Part shown: piece by piece, positions 20,226 through 31,839 of the stretch
Layout: each line of letters starts with the position of its first letter
Numbering within the stretch: position 1 is the first letter of the stretch
NCBI GenBank assembly: GCA_023515795.1
Contig: JALGPX010000001.1
Coordinates: 1-64,000, forward strand
DNA: 64,000 bases
Direction: 5' to 3'
Source of the DNA: Amoeboaphelidium occidentale
Taxonomy: Eukaryota
Position numbers and translations under genes: made by a program
Notes under the pieces: model-generated
Told to the model about the DNA's origin: nothing
Database searches by the model: none
The model's input: the letters and a program-made list of their open reading frames with translations, nothing else

Positions 20226-21884
20226 ATGGTAATCACTTCAATACTCAAGATGACTGAGAGCACTATTTCGATGAATTCTGAAAGGAAAAGATCTCATACT
20301 GGTGGTAATAATAACAATAATGAAGGTCATGCTATTGTAGTTGGTGCAGGATCAGAGTTAAACAAGGTTGATCATGCTAAAGCAGCAGCAGGAGTAAAAT
20401 CTCATGATCAAACTTATGAAGGTTGCGCAAAAACCTCAACAGAACTCTCTATAAGAGTAGCATATCTTGGTTTAGCCTTTTCTCTTCTATTCACGGGCTA
20501 TCATGTTGCTCAGGCTTTTGTGACAACGATCTATCACTCTGCTGGATTTGCTGCACTTGGCGTGATATATGTTACATATGGGTTAACATCGCTTATTGCA
20601 CCACAGATCAATGCATACTTGGAAAAGGCAGGAGGTAAAGGCAATGGCGAAAGGTTGTCATTGATCTTCTCTGGTGTCGCTTATGTGTTCTTCATATTGA
20701 TGTTGGCTACAGGTAACACGAGCTTGCTGTTCCTTGGTGCGTTTGTCAAGGGATGTGCTAGTGGTTTACTCTGGATTAGTCAAGGCGTTTGGGTTAACAA
20801 AGCAATTAGAGGATTCAAACGTTACGCCAAAGCAGCAGGTTTGGTAACGGAAAAGACCATCGTTGGAGTTGTCACAGGAATCTTCTTCACGATATTCAAT
20901 TTAAACTCTATAATAGGCAACAGTATTGTTATCGGATTGATGAAGAGCGGATACTCTGTAACGGCCATGGTTTTAGCTATGGCTGCTGTTAGTTCAATTG
21001 GCACAATCATGTTCTTCTTTGTCAGAAGGGCTCCGGCTTCTAGCCAGTCGGTCGTCAAAAAAACAGTTATCATGGAAGAACAAGAAGCAGAAGAAGCTGG
21101 GGCTTCTTTAGACTCTTTAGCTTCTACCGTTGTGAGCGAGAAAGTGAACGAAAAATCTTTCATGAAGGAAAAGTTTCAGGCACTGTGGCATTTGGCAACA
21201 CAGAAGAAGACTTTACTTCTGATGTCTTACTTTATTTGTCAGGGTGTTAACTTTTCTTATACTTATGGAAACTATCCACATCTTATTCAGTATGTAAGCA
21301 ATCAAAGCAGTTCCAGTGCTCAAGAATCAACAGGTGCAGCAAACATCGCGTGGGGCTTTTTAGCCTACGGAGCTGGTAGCATGTTGGGTGCCTTTGGTTG
21401 GGGTAAATTATACGATTTTTTCCATGAGAGGCTGTATTCTTTATTGACTTGCCATGTACTCCTAGTTATATTCAACTTTACACTACTGTTCTCAACAATT
21501 CTGATTCCAATTCAGTATCCACAATCTTTATTTCCTTGTCTTACACTTATTGGGTTCGGTTTCGGACTCACAGATTTTCTAACGAATGCTATCATCAACA
21601 ACAGCATTGGAAAATACTATGACTCTGCTGAAGTTCCTATCGCGTTTTCTTGGTACAGATTTTGCTTCTGTTTCGGCTTTGCAACTTCTGCTGGTATTTC
21701 ATCTTTAATGCCAAACCTTTTGGATCAACAAGATTATGGTACTAATCATTCTGGTTGGATAATCATGACTGTAATCAATATTGTCCTGATGATCACCAGT
21801 GTAATAAGTGGTGCTGCTCTAGAAAACCAAAGCGATAAACTCGGGACGAGAAGAAGATCAAGCCAAGAAGTAGTCATGCATTAG
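20226..21884 (+). CDS. UNC-93-like MFS transporter
   Basis: About 12 hydrophobic helices; FSLLFTGY..AQ and GLLWISQGVW typical of the UNC-93 family. Confidence 0.8.
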   Translation: MVITSILKMTESTISMNSERKRSHTGGNNNNNEGHAIVVGAGSELNKVDHAKAAAGVKSHDQTYEGCAKTSTELSIRVAYLGLAFSLLFTGYHVAQAFVTTIYHSAGFAALGVIYVTYGLTSLIAPQINAYLEKAGGKGNGERLSLIFSGVAYVFFILMLATGNTSLLFLGAFVKGCASGLLWISQGVWVNKAIRGFKRYAKAAGLVTEKTIVGVVTGIFFTIFNLNSIIGNSIVIGLMKSGYSVTAMVLAMAAVSSIGTIMFFFVRRAPASSQSVVKKTVIMEEQEAEEAGASLDSLASTVVSEKVNEKSFMKEKFQALWHLATQKKTLLLMSYFICQGVNFSYTYGNYPHLIQYVSNQSSSSAQESTGAANIAWGFLAYGAGSMLGAFGWGKLYDFFHERLYSLLTCHVLLVIFNFTLLFSTILIPIQYPQSLFPCLTLIGFGFGLTDFLTNAIINNSIGKYYDSAEVPIAFSWYRFCFCFGFATSAGISSLMPNLLDQQDYGTNHSGWIIMTVINIVLMITSVISGAALENQSDKLGTRRRSSQEVVMH

Positions 21885-21915
21885 CCTAGTTTATTCTATA
21901 AAAATATTATTTCTA

Positions 21916-24270
21916 TCAAGTTCTAGCTTTCATCTCTTTGTCAATTTTCAGTATTTCATTCCGTTTCTTTCTTGCCATAACTCTCTTCATGAAAGGTAAA
22001 GAGAATATTAGACAAATACACAAAAATATGAGAAGTATGTAAGCCATTGAATAATCTCCATCAGAATATTGCGTCGGCTGAATGAAGTACGGAAACTCAA
22101 ACAAACTCACAATATCGTTGTATCCAGAGTTGAGTGATAATCTGACGTTATGAATACTAGTAATCTTTTCCGTAAGTCTCTTTGATAAAGCGAAGAGATA
22201 AGCGACGTAAATACCTGCAACACCAAAAGAAGCGATAACCGAAGAGAGAAGTCGCAGGAATTTGTTTGATACATACACTGCCATCGACAAGGATCTTCTG
22301 TATTCCTTCAATTCGTACTGTTGTACTGATGCAGGTCTTCTCAAATCAGGCAGGGCTTCAGTAAAGTCAACAGGATTCCTAATCGACCATTTTTCTGCAG
22401 CCAGTAATGTTTCTTCGGCGAAAACTGATGACAAAAACGAAGGCACCAATGGATAAATACCAAATGCAGCAGCAAAAATTAGACCAAGAGAAGTAATAAT
22501 AATGTTTCCTCCTAAAGGAATAAAGTATGCGCCAAAGAAGCAAGCAAAAACTGCGCATAAGGAATTCAACGACAGGAAGGCCATTAATCTAAATGAATTC
22601 CTGTCAGAAGAAGGGTCAATATCTTTCTGCGCCAGGTTTCTTCTAGGCAGAATAAATCTTACAACCAAACAATATGTTGCAGCTGATCCTAACAAGTAGA
22701 CGATTCCAGATACAAAAACGCCAGAAAAGACGTCCAAATTGATCAGATCAGCGCACAAAACAGGTAAAAACCAAGAGAAAGCGTGAAGCAACATAAACAC
22801 GACAAATAAGCATGAGCCGACCACAAGAGTGTGTAAAGATAAAAATCCTCTGATAAAGTATGTGACGGAAGAGAAGCAACCGAGCTTCTTAACTGAAATT
22901 TTAGTTTGAACATCTTCCAAAATAGGCGATGACTCTGTTTCTCCTTCAACGACAGGCCGCATTTCAAGATCTGTGGAATATTCAGCATTCGAGTTCCGTT
23001 TCAAGTAACTCAACAAATGCCTGAAAGAAAACAGTAATGGGATCAATAATTGAATACTTCCAACTGAAATCGAAGAGTAAACTCCCTCCAACTCAACCAA
23101 CTGTAGCAAATTTGACATTTTCATGTCCTCACTTTCAAGTTCATGAGAATTATGCGACATTGTCCTCGCAACAACAGCAGTAACGGCGTAAACTACCATG
23201 GCATTCACCAGACCGGGAACCAGAATATAACCATAAACAAAGCTCTTAAAAAAGCATTTCTTTAACTCATCAGTAATAATTCTAGCAAAATTATGTTCTT
23301 GCGTATACATCAAATCTCTTTTGTCATCTGAAGTGAGAGCTTCAATTGGCGCCTTAACACACAAAACCGCGAAAAATAATGCAAATGATATGCCATGAAG
23401 AAATCCGAATATTCCTGCAACAAAGAAGACATAAATAGTGAGGTAAATCGCTGGTTCTCCTGTGTGTAAAGCATAAGGAAGTGAAATTCCAGCAGCTAAT
23501 GACGCCAGACCAGAAAATGAGGAGACCAGCAAGAGTTGAAACTTGAACCACTTTGATGCGCTCACTTGCTCTTCTGTAGATGCACTTCCTTTACGTGTTA
23601 GACAAGTTTGTGCTTTCTTAACGAAAGTAGGCAAGAATGATAGGGAAATCAAGAGTAGCGTAACAAAGTAAACAGCGATAAGCATTGGAAAAGTCACATA
23701 CCAAAAGTTCATCCAATACAGCGTTAAATTATACAAGAGAATAGCAATAGAGTAAAACGAAATCACACTCACACCAAACAAGAACGCCAGTAGAGACACA
23801 GAGAATGATTTTGTCCCAGCTTTAAAGTTCTTCAAATGCTTTTGCGCGTTCTTGTATGCAGACTGTACGACTTGTGTACTCTTGCGCTTCGGTTCAATTT
23901 CAACATTAACAAGTTCTGTTTCTGACGTTATACTCAGTGAAGATTGTGGTCGAACAGCAGGAGCGTATTTCCTTTTGAAACCGAATAGCTTCTTCTTCTT
24001 TGACTTGTTCTCAAATAAACCGAATGGTCCCTCATCCACAGGAACATTCTTATTCTTTGGGATTAACGAGTCATCATCCTTCTCGTAGCCGCGAACCTCA
24101 TTGCTCATGTCCGTGTTTGTTCGTGATCTTTGATTTTCATAATCTCCTGATAGTGGCGTATATTCTTCAGCCCTGCGTAGACTCTGCAATTCATCTTCCG
24201 GAAATCTGGTCGCAGTATCGGAACCAATAGAGGAACTCAGCGACATATTAGAGCTCTTATTCCTCAACAT
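21916..24270 (-). CDS. Hypothetical polytopic membrane protein (784 aa)
   Basis: Long ORF with more than 10 hydrophobic segments after a hydrophilic N-terminus; no family recognised. Confidence 0.75.
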   Translation of the reverse strand: MLRNKSSNMSLSSSIGSDTATRFPEDELQSLRRAEEYTPLSGDYENQRSRTNTDMSNEVRGYEKDDDSLIPKNKNVPVDEGPFGLFENKSKKKKLFGFKRKYAPAVRPQSSLSITSETELVNVEIEPKRKSTQVVQSAYKNAQKHLKNFKAGTKSFSVSLLAFLFGVSVISFYSIAILLYNLTLYWMNFWYVTFPMLIAVYFVTLLLISLSFLPTFVKKAQTCLTRKGSASTEEQVSASKWFKFQLLLVSSFSGLASLAAGISLPYALHTGEPAIYLTIYVFFVAGIFGFLHGISFALFFAVLCVKAPIEALTSDDKRDLMYTQEHNFARIITDELKKCFFKSFVYGYILVPGLVNAMVVYAVTAVVARTMSHNSHELESEDMKMSNLLQLVELEGVYSSISVGSIQLLIPLLFSFRHLLSYLKRNSNAEYSTDLEMRPVVEGETESSPILEDVQTKISVKKLGCFSSVTYFIRGFLSLHTLVVGSCLFVVFMLLHAFSWFLPVLCADLINLDVFSGVFVSGIVYLLGSAATYCLVVRFILPRRNLAQKDIDPSSDRNSFRLMAFLSLNSLCAVFACFFGAYFIPLGGNIIITSLGLIFAAAFGIYPLVPSFLSSVFAEETLLAAEKWSIRNPVDFTEALPDLRRPASVQQYELKEYRRSLSMAVYVSNKFLRLLSSVIASFGVAGIYVAYLFALSKRLTEKITSIHNVRLSLNSGYNDIVSLFEFPYFIQPTQYSDGDYSMAYILLIFLCICLIFSLPFMKRVMARKKRNEILKIDKEMKART

Positions 24271-24639
24271 TGTGATGCTTGATTGCGCAAAAACTGAAGA
24301 ACAGTTTTAACAGCGAGATCGCCCAACGAAGGCAGATCTAGTGTCAAATTAGAAGGGGCTTCAGGATAAAGTGATGTTCCGAGATGTTGATAAGGCGAAC
24401 AAGTCGCTCATGATAAGCTTTAACTCACTGGGCCTGGTGTAAAGATGGCGCGAATATCACGCAATATTGGTAGTTCATTGGAGTCCTGCAATAATACGAA
24501 CTCAACGCTGAGATCCTTAATGTCATCGTAGTTAATCGCTGAAACGGCTCGCGCGATGAAATGTGGCGTTGAATGTTCTCGCTTGATCGACGCACGGACC
24601 TTAGCGATCATCAAGACAAAAAATTTTCTTTCCGCTCAA

Positions 24640-25831
24640 ATGGTAAGCTTTATTTTATAGGAAAGGAACGAATTAATTCATTATAGGCTGCCACACGTCA
24701 ATTAGTTTCTGTCTTTTCCGAGGATGGTTCATCCGTTCTAGCTCAGGTTCCTTTGCCTGATGTCTTCAAGAGTCCAATTCGTCCAGATTTGGTCACTTTC
24801 GTTCACACCAACGTTAACAAGAACAAGAGACAACCTTACGCTGTCTCTGCTATTGCTGGTCACCAGACTTCCGCTGAATCTTGGGGTACTGGTCGTGCTG
24901 TTGCTAGAATTCCTCGTGTTGGAGGTGGTGGTACTCACAGATCTGGTCAAGGTACGCGTTGTTTTTGTGTAGTTCTCGTTAATATCTTTTAGGTGCTTTC
25001 GGTAACATGTGTAGAGGTGGTCACATGTACTCTCCAACAAAGATCTGGAGAAGATGGCACAGACACACCAACCTAAACCAGAAGCGTTTCGCTGTTGCTT
25101 CTGCTTTGGCTGCTTCCGCTCTTCCATCTTTGGTTTTGGCTAGAGGTCACAAGATCGAAAAGGTCAATGAAATTCCTTTGGTTGTTGGTAATGGTGTTGA
25201 ATCTTTCACAAAGACCAAACAAGCTGTTGAATTATTGAAGAAGATCAACGCTTATGCTGACGTCGAGAAGGTTGTTGACACCAAGAAGTTGAGAGCTGGT
25301 GTTGGTAAAATGAGAAACAGAAGACACAAGCAACGCAAGGGTCCTTTGGTCATTTACGCTGAAGACAATGGTTTGGTCAAGGCTTTCCGTAACTTGCCTG
25401 GAATCGACACTCTACGTGTTGACTCTTTGAACTTGTTGAAGTTGGCTCCTGGTGGTCATTTGGGTAGATTCATCATCTGGACTCAGGGTGCTTTCGAGAA
25501 GTTGGAGGCTTTGTTTGGTTCTGCTAAGGCTAAGAGCCAATTGAAGAAAGACTACGTCTTGCCTCGCTCAATTGTTACCAACCCAGACATCAGCCGTATC
25601 ATCAACTCTGATGAAATTCAGTCTGTTGTCAAGCCAGCTCAGGCTAAGCACCAGAAGAGAGCTTCTATCAAGAAGAATCCTTTGCGCAACTTGTACGTCA
25701 AGCTTCGTTTGAACCCTTACGCAAGAGCTGTTCAGAAGACCGAACAGTCTGCAGCTGCTGCTAAGAAGTCTACCAAGCACATCGGAAGAAAGGTCAACAA
25801 GGAATTTGTCAAGGTTATGCTTTCCCAGTAA
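24640..25831 (+). CDS. RPL4: 60S ribosomal protein L4 (uL4), 3 exons (24640-24642, 24687-24951, 24993-25831)
   Basis: [37 protein letters not shown]; introns 24643-24686 and 24952-24992. Confidence 0.97.
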
Positions 25832-25887
25832 GAACTCCAAAGAGAAGCATTAAAGAATAAAGACGACACTGTGATCGTAATTTATTA

Positions 25888-28447
25888 TTAAATGGTTTGC
25901 TTTAAGCGAATTAATGCAGTTCTGACTTGGTTCAGATCAACATCCTCGCCAGCCAAACAAATTTGTTTCAACTTGAAATACAAGCCCATTGCCTTTTTCA
26001 TTACCTGTTTAACATCATCTCCTTCGATACCACTTAATAATTCTTCCTCTCTCTCCTTAATGTATTCATTAATTTTAACAGCATAATTTAGAATATCCTC
26101 ATGAAATCCAGCTTTTCTTGCAGTCAACAAACCATAATCCTCAACATCTGCTTTTCCATCAGCCAATTTAAAAGAGTATTTCATGTCCATGTCCGATGTT
26201 ACTTCAACGTGCAAATGAACAACTTTAACAGATGGATAAATTTCCAGAAAGTCGCATAAAGTGACAAAGTGGGTAACAAAGAATGTGAAACACTGAGTTT
26301 GAATCAACTTTTCACTCAACGCAGTTGCAATTCCAACTCCATCAAAAGTAGAGGTTCCTCTTCCTAATTCATCAATTAAAACCAAAGAATTCTCCGTAAT
26401 ATTTTGCAACATACATGACATATCTCTCATCTCTCTGGTGAAAGCTGAAGTATCAGCTTCAAGTTCATTCTCCAATGACATTCTAGTAAACAAAGAATCA
26501 CAAATTCTAACACAACAATACTCCGCAGGAACGTATGAACCAATCTGTGCCATAATCTGAAGCAATCCAACTTGTTTCAAGTATGTCGATTTACCGCTCA
26601 TATTCGGCCCTTGAATAATGTTGAAGTTAGAGCCGGAAAAGGCATAAACATCGTTAGCAATGCATTTTCTCTCCGGCAGCATACGATCAAGCACAGGATG
26701 TCTTCCATTTTTGATTGCAATTGTGTTTTGATGGAATTCAGGACGAGTTCCTTCACGAAGACTTTGCTTGTACAAACACAAGGACATGATCAAATCCAAC
26801 TGCCCAATTGCCTCACACAACTGATGAATAGATGAGATCTGCTGTCTAACAATGTCAGCCATTCTTTCTGCTTCCTTTTGGGACAGAATTAAGATTTCTG
26901 TATGAGTTCCCTTCAATCTTTCATTCAACTTCATCAAATCCAGGGATGTAAATTCAATACATTTCTTGACCTTTTTCTTGTGTTTGAATACAGCAGGCAG
27001 TGTATCAATAGATGCCAAATTATTCTCGACTTTGAGATAATATTCCATTCTCTGACTATTGTACGCAAGTTTGATATTCAAATCGTACTGCTCGGCATAC
27101 GATTGGCACAAGGCTTCAATGTCTCCTGTAACTTCTTGATAAATCGTTCTTGCAACATCCAACAACTGACTTGCACCAGTTTGAACAGCAAACAAGGCCT
27201 GATGACTAGACCAAGCAGAATTACTATCGAGGTTTGGATTGATCAATTCCATAATGGAATCCATCATTTTTCTTAAGCTTTGTTTCTTACTCGCCTATAC
27301 AACAGAATTGATTTGTTTCAAAGTTTCGTTTACCTTGGTGAGATTAGAGCAGAATGGATTCTCATAAAATGTCAAAGAATCTGCCAAAGCAGAGCAAACA
27401 GCCAACATATTCTTCAAACGCAATACATTCTTCAATGTAGTTTCAATAGTCTTTTCCCTTCTTCCTTGATCATTGGAAGCATTAACACAAACAAAGCCAC
27501 TGATAACATGATCAATATCTTTCAAAGATTTTAAACGTTCTTTTGCAATTTCAAATGACTCTGGCTTTGATAGCATCTCATCAATAGCATCAAGACGCAA
27601 CTCCAAAGTCTCTTCACTGGTAGAGGGCTGCAATATGTTTGTTCTCAAAACCCTTTTACCCAAATTAGTGTAACAATAATCAAGAACCGAAAACAGCGTT
27701 CCAGATTTGTTCAAATGCAAATAGTTCATGGTCAACTCCAAACGTTTCGTGGAGTTATAATCAATAAGCATTGTCCCATCAACACCTTCAAACTTGAAGC
27801 AAACTGTGTTTGGATGGAATGACACGCTTAGACGTTCTTGCAAGTACGCAAACAAAGCAGCCAATGCACACAACGCGTAGTACTTATTTTCAGTATAAAC
27901 ATGAAACGATCCTTGTTGTTCAGGCAAACCATAATTCTTCATGATACGCTTCCCCTCGTCATCCTTGAACACTCTTCTTGCCAGACCCATAACATTCAGT
28001 CCTGGCATCTTTGATGTGATCTCCTTGAATAACAAGTCATTTGTACATGGAACCAACAACTCTTTTGGATCGCAAGCATGAATACGATGTAACAGCCTCG
28101 TGAATGTTGGATTCTCTGTGTACTATTTACAAAATAAGCACTTGAAACACTGAGCAAGCACAAACCTGTGTCAGCGTGACAGTATACGTTAAAAGATCAA
28201 TGCGCGCAACACCAATTTCCTTCGTTATGCCTCTTGACTCGCAAATTGCCATATAAGAAAGACTATCACCATTCTGTGAAGACGCAGCTGTCTTCATGCG
28301 CGATGACTTTGGCCTTGTTGTTGAAGTCGAAGGTCTGTGCGCATACTGAACCAATTGTTCCTTATCAGAAGTACGTACGCTATTTGTGGATTTATACGAA
28401 TAGGCACCAGTTGAAACGCTCCCGGCGCTGTTTGAGTATCTCTTCAT
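25888..28447 (-). CDS. MSH4: Meiotic MutS homologue MSH4, 3 exons
   Basis: AICESRGITKEIG, GPNMSGKSTYLKQ, SLVLIDELGRGTS; no mismatch-binding domain I; introns 28123-28165 and 27295-27333. Confidence 0.9.
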
Positions 28448-28523
28448 TGTGTTTCTTGAAACTTTTGGCACGACGTTCAACAGAAACTTCAAACAATTTT
28501 CCAAGCCAACAGACACACAAAAC

Positions 28524-29063
28524 ATGGAGGCATTCCAATTCCCTCAACTTTACAATTTTCCGCCCTTCTTTACCCGTCAGCCAAACGAAGAAACATGGCA
28601 AAAACAAAGGGAAATGTGGATATCATTCATAAAGAATTACTGTGAGCATCAGAAAATACACCGGATTGATTTGAATGAAATGCAACAGTCGGAATTATTC
28701 TTTAATAAATCCATTTCAAGGAGGGCTACGCCGGAAATGATTAAAGAAATTGTGGATGAGATGGTCAGACTAAAACAGGCGCAATGGATTCAGGCACCTG
28801 CAAAAGCGATCATACACTGGAAAAGAGTCGATGAATGGGCAGACTTAATAATGTCAGCCCTAAGCAAACGGGGCATGAGTGGAGTGATATGTACTGTTTA
28901 TGAACTTGTGCATGGGGATGAGTATTCTGGCGAGATATTCTATGAGATGGACAAGGAAGTATTTCTTAAAGCCATGGAACATTCACAGCGGTCTGGGCGT
29001 GTGCAGATCATCAGAGCATCTTCAACTTCAAGCATCGATGAAACAGGAATAAAGATTCTTTAA
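28524..29063 (+). CDS. VPS25: ESCRT-II subunit Vps25
   Basis: FPQLYNFPPFFTRQPN..TW..Q...W and VICTVYEL..G. Confidence 0.95.
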   Translation: MEAFQFPQLYNFPPFFTRQPNEETWQKQREMWISFIKNYCEHQKIHRIDLNEMQQSELFFNKSISRRATPEMIKEIVDEMVRLKQAQWIQAPAKAIIHWKRVDEWADLIMSALSKRGMSGVICTVYELVHGDEYSGEIFYEMDKEVFLKAMEHSQRSGRVQIIRASSTSSIDETGIKIL

Positions 29064-30478
29064 GTTCGTTTTTCCATCATCAGTTTCAGATGTTTCTCGT
29101 ATTGATCATTGTAGCATGAATGCGATGCCAATTCCAAATAGTTCTTTTGGAACTCCGTATCGTCTTCATTTATCGCGATCTCGCCTCCAATTATGCCTCT
29201 CCTTGGGGTGTAACTGACTAATAGCAACTTTGAAGGATCAACATTTAGTCTTGTGAAGAGCTGAAACATGAATTGTAATTCTTCCCTTGTAGCTCTCTTC
29301 TGGATCATCATGCAAAGCAGAATAGATTTATCGTCTGCATCAAAGTGGTTCAGAACATGTGGATGATTAAAGTATGCTTGAACCGAAGGAAAATTGTTTG
29401 CAAGTAAGATCAAATCTTGAGACACAAGTGGCGCAATCTTCTCCTTCTTCATTGTATCCAGAATTTCCACCAAAAGCTCGTTAGTATTATTGTACAACTG
29501 GGCAGCAGTTAAATAATTTGGCAAAAATAGATTCATTGGAATGCCATTAGTTAAAGCACACATTTTTAGATATTGAAACGCTTTTAGCTGGGTGCAATTG
29601 GACAGCTTTGCATAATCAACTTTGAAGTATTTGCTAAGATAGCTGCATACACGTTCTCCATGTAAGTCAAACAGATTTCTATCCAAAGTCATTGCCATTA
29701 ATAGATGCAGCATAGTTGGTGATACATCATATTGAGAATTGCATACATTCTTTATGATTGCGTGTGAGAACTCTGCTGGATACTGATACAGCACCGTGTC
29801 TAACTCGTTCAAGAAATATTCAGACTCGTTATCAGTCTCATTAAGTTCTAGAAACTCTTTTACCAGCGCTGTCAACTGATCATACTCCTTGTACATTCTT
29901 GATACCTCAAAATTCCAATAATATCTTGCAATCCGACAAGCAAATAGCTTTGGGCTTCCTTTCTTGTACCGCTGCTTATCAGATAACTCCACAAATGTTT
30001 TGATGCACTCAATGTAATTATTGCGAACACACCATCGAATCAACTGTAGACAGGCAACATCTAAATTACTCTCTATGGGAGTGGAGTAAACTAAATTCTG
30101 GAACAGTTTCGGAATGATATCTCGACTGATCAGAGAGGGAATGTTGAGCCTATAAACATGTTTTCTAATTTCCTCAATGCGATCATCACTGAACTGGTTG
30201 ATATCTCGCAGCAGGAACGGTATCATGCCATTGTAAATTTTAAATACGCTCTCAGTCAGTTTCAAACAAAGTTTAGCATTGTACTCTTTATAGCCTATGA
30301 ACTCGTATACCAGCAAGTCAATTATGCCTTGTTTTGTGTACCAAAGACAAAGATATGTTGGATCATACAGGAATGCAAAGGCCTTGCAGTGTAAAGAAAG
30401 TAAATTCTTATGATCTGATCTATCCAAGTAAAAGCAAATTTCTTGTATTAACTCCGGAGGTAATTTGTATTGCAACAT
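29060..30478 (-). CDS. F-box-like protein
   Basis: N-terminal KLPPELIQEICFYLD; rest helical and unrecognised; ATG at 30478 preferred. Confidence 0.65.
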   Translation of the reverse strand: MLQYKLPPELIQEICFYLDRSDHKNLLSLHCKAFAFLYDPTYLCLWYTKQGIIDLLVYEFIGYKEYNAKLCLKLTESVFKIYNGMIPFLLRDINQFSDDRIEEIRKHVYRLNIPSLISRDIIPKLFQNLVYSTPIESNLDVACLQLIRWCVRNNYIECIKTFVELSDKQRYKKGSPKLFACRIARYYWNFEVSRMYKEYDQLTALVKEFLELNETDNESEYFLNELDTVLYQYPAEFSHAIIKNVCNSQYDVSPTMLHLLMAMTLDRNLFDLHGERVCSYLSKYFKVDYAKLSNCTQLKAFQYLKMCALTNGIPMNLFLPNYLTAAQLYNNTNELLVEILDTMKKEKIAPLVSQDLILLANNFPSVQAYFNHPHVLNHFDADDKSILLCMMIQKRATREELQFMFQLFTRLNVDPSKLLLVSYTPRRGIIGGEIAINEDDTEFQKNYLELASHSCYNDQYEKHLKLMMEKRT

Positions 30479-30579
30479 GAGAACTCTGACACTTGTGACA
30501 AACAAGGTTAGTTCTTCGGAATTCCGTAGAAAGCATAGCATTTTTATTATTGAAGTAAGAACCAGTTCTTATTGCCCTT

Positions 30580-31279
30580 CTAATAGTAGTTTGACTCCAT
30601 GTACTCTTCGTCTGATCTCTTCTTGTAAATGCCACAGCATCCACATAGCATAAGCACGCTCCAAAAGAATGCAATCAACTCCACCGCACCAAGAGCAAAC
30701 AAGAAAATGTATACATAGTAAGCCCAAGTAGTATAAAACTTCACAGTAGCATCGTAACAACCTCCCAGACTTGCAGAAGGACATGTATCAGATGCGACAG
30801 CTCTGTCTGACGCATTATTGAAACCACAGCACTGAGCCTTGTCTTGTATCAATAGCCTTTGCTGGTCTGACATTGATCCCCACGCCTGGTTGAGTCTGTC
30901 GTATGGATTCACTGAACCGAAATAAACGAAAACAGCCAAAGTTATCTGACCAGCAAGCAAGATCATGAGAAGCAGAGTATAAATGAAGACACAACCTCTT
31001 GAAGTTAAGCCACAGAACCCAGTTAAAGCAACCAAGATCACAAAACCACCAAAAGCCATTGAAACGACCAGGAACTCATTAGGAATTGTGTACCAGTTCA
31101 AGTTTGAGCCTAAACGAGGTAAAGATCATTAGAACTGTAAAACGCCACACACTGGAACACATACCAAACCAGTTGTAAAGAGCAAAGCCAAGTATAGCAG
31201 CGCCAATAATGAAGAACAATATATTGAATAGTGACATGAAAGTCTTTGTGCAGCAAGCATCTCCAGAGTTGTGCTTCAT
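30580..31279 (-). CDS. Tetraspanin, 2 exons (31165-31279, 30580-31109)
   Basis: Four TM segments, GFCG after TM2, CCGF and GC in the large extracellular loop; 55-nt intron 31110-31164. Confidence 0.88.
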
Positions 31280-31839
31280 CTTGGCAAGCAGTTGTTTGAT
31301 AACGGAATTGAAACCGAGGCCATGCCTTCTCTTAAAACAATTCAAAGGTGGCTTGCTTGCCTTCCCGGAACGACCTGTAAAGCTGCAGCCATCAGAAGTA
31401 GAAGTTTTTCTGAAATAGGCAAGCGCCACGAATTCACATTAGTTTCAACGTGTGGCGCAGCTCTCAACGAGTCTAGAACGCGAAATCGCAGTCAAAAGTT
31501 TAGAGTCTGGTCCTCGAACAGATTATGCAAGTTCTGGATTTTGTAAAAGGGTTCTATTATCAACTAGTCGTAAAGCATAAGGAACAATCTTATCTATAAG
31601 CAGTTGTCGGCCTTGATCTAACGAACAACCCTTGATACACTCAGACGGTACAGACCTCTCACGAACTGTGCTCTCACTGATCAATAAGGATGAGGATGTC
31701 TCCATAGAATCCATCGATAACGGTTCAAACAAGCCAGCATCCTCCATGTACGCCAACACACGATCATCCCTCTCGACGAACCACTTGCACAACATTTTTT
31801 ATGCTACGTGGCTGAACATCAATTGCTTTTCGAGAATAG

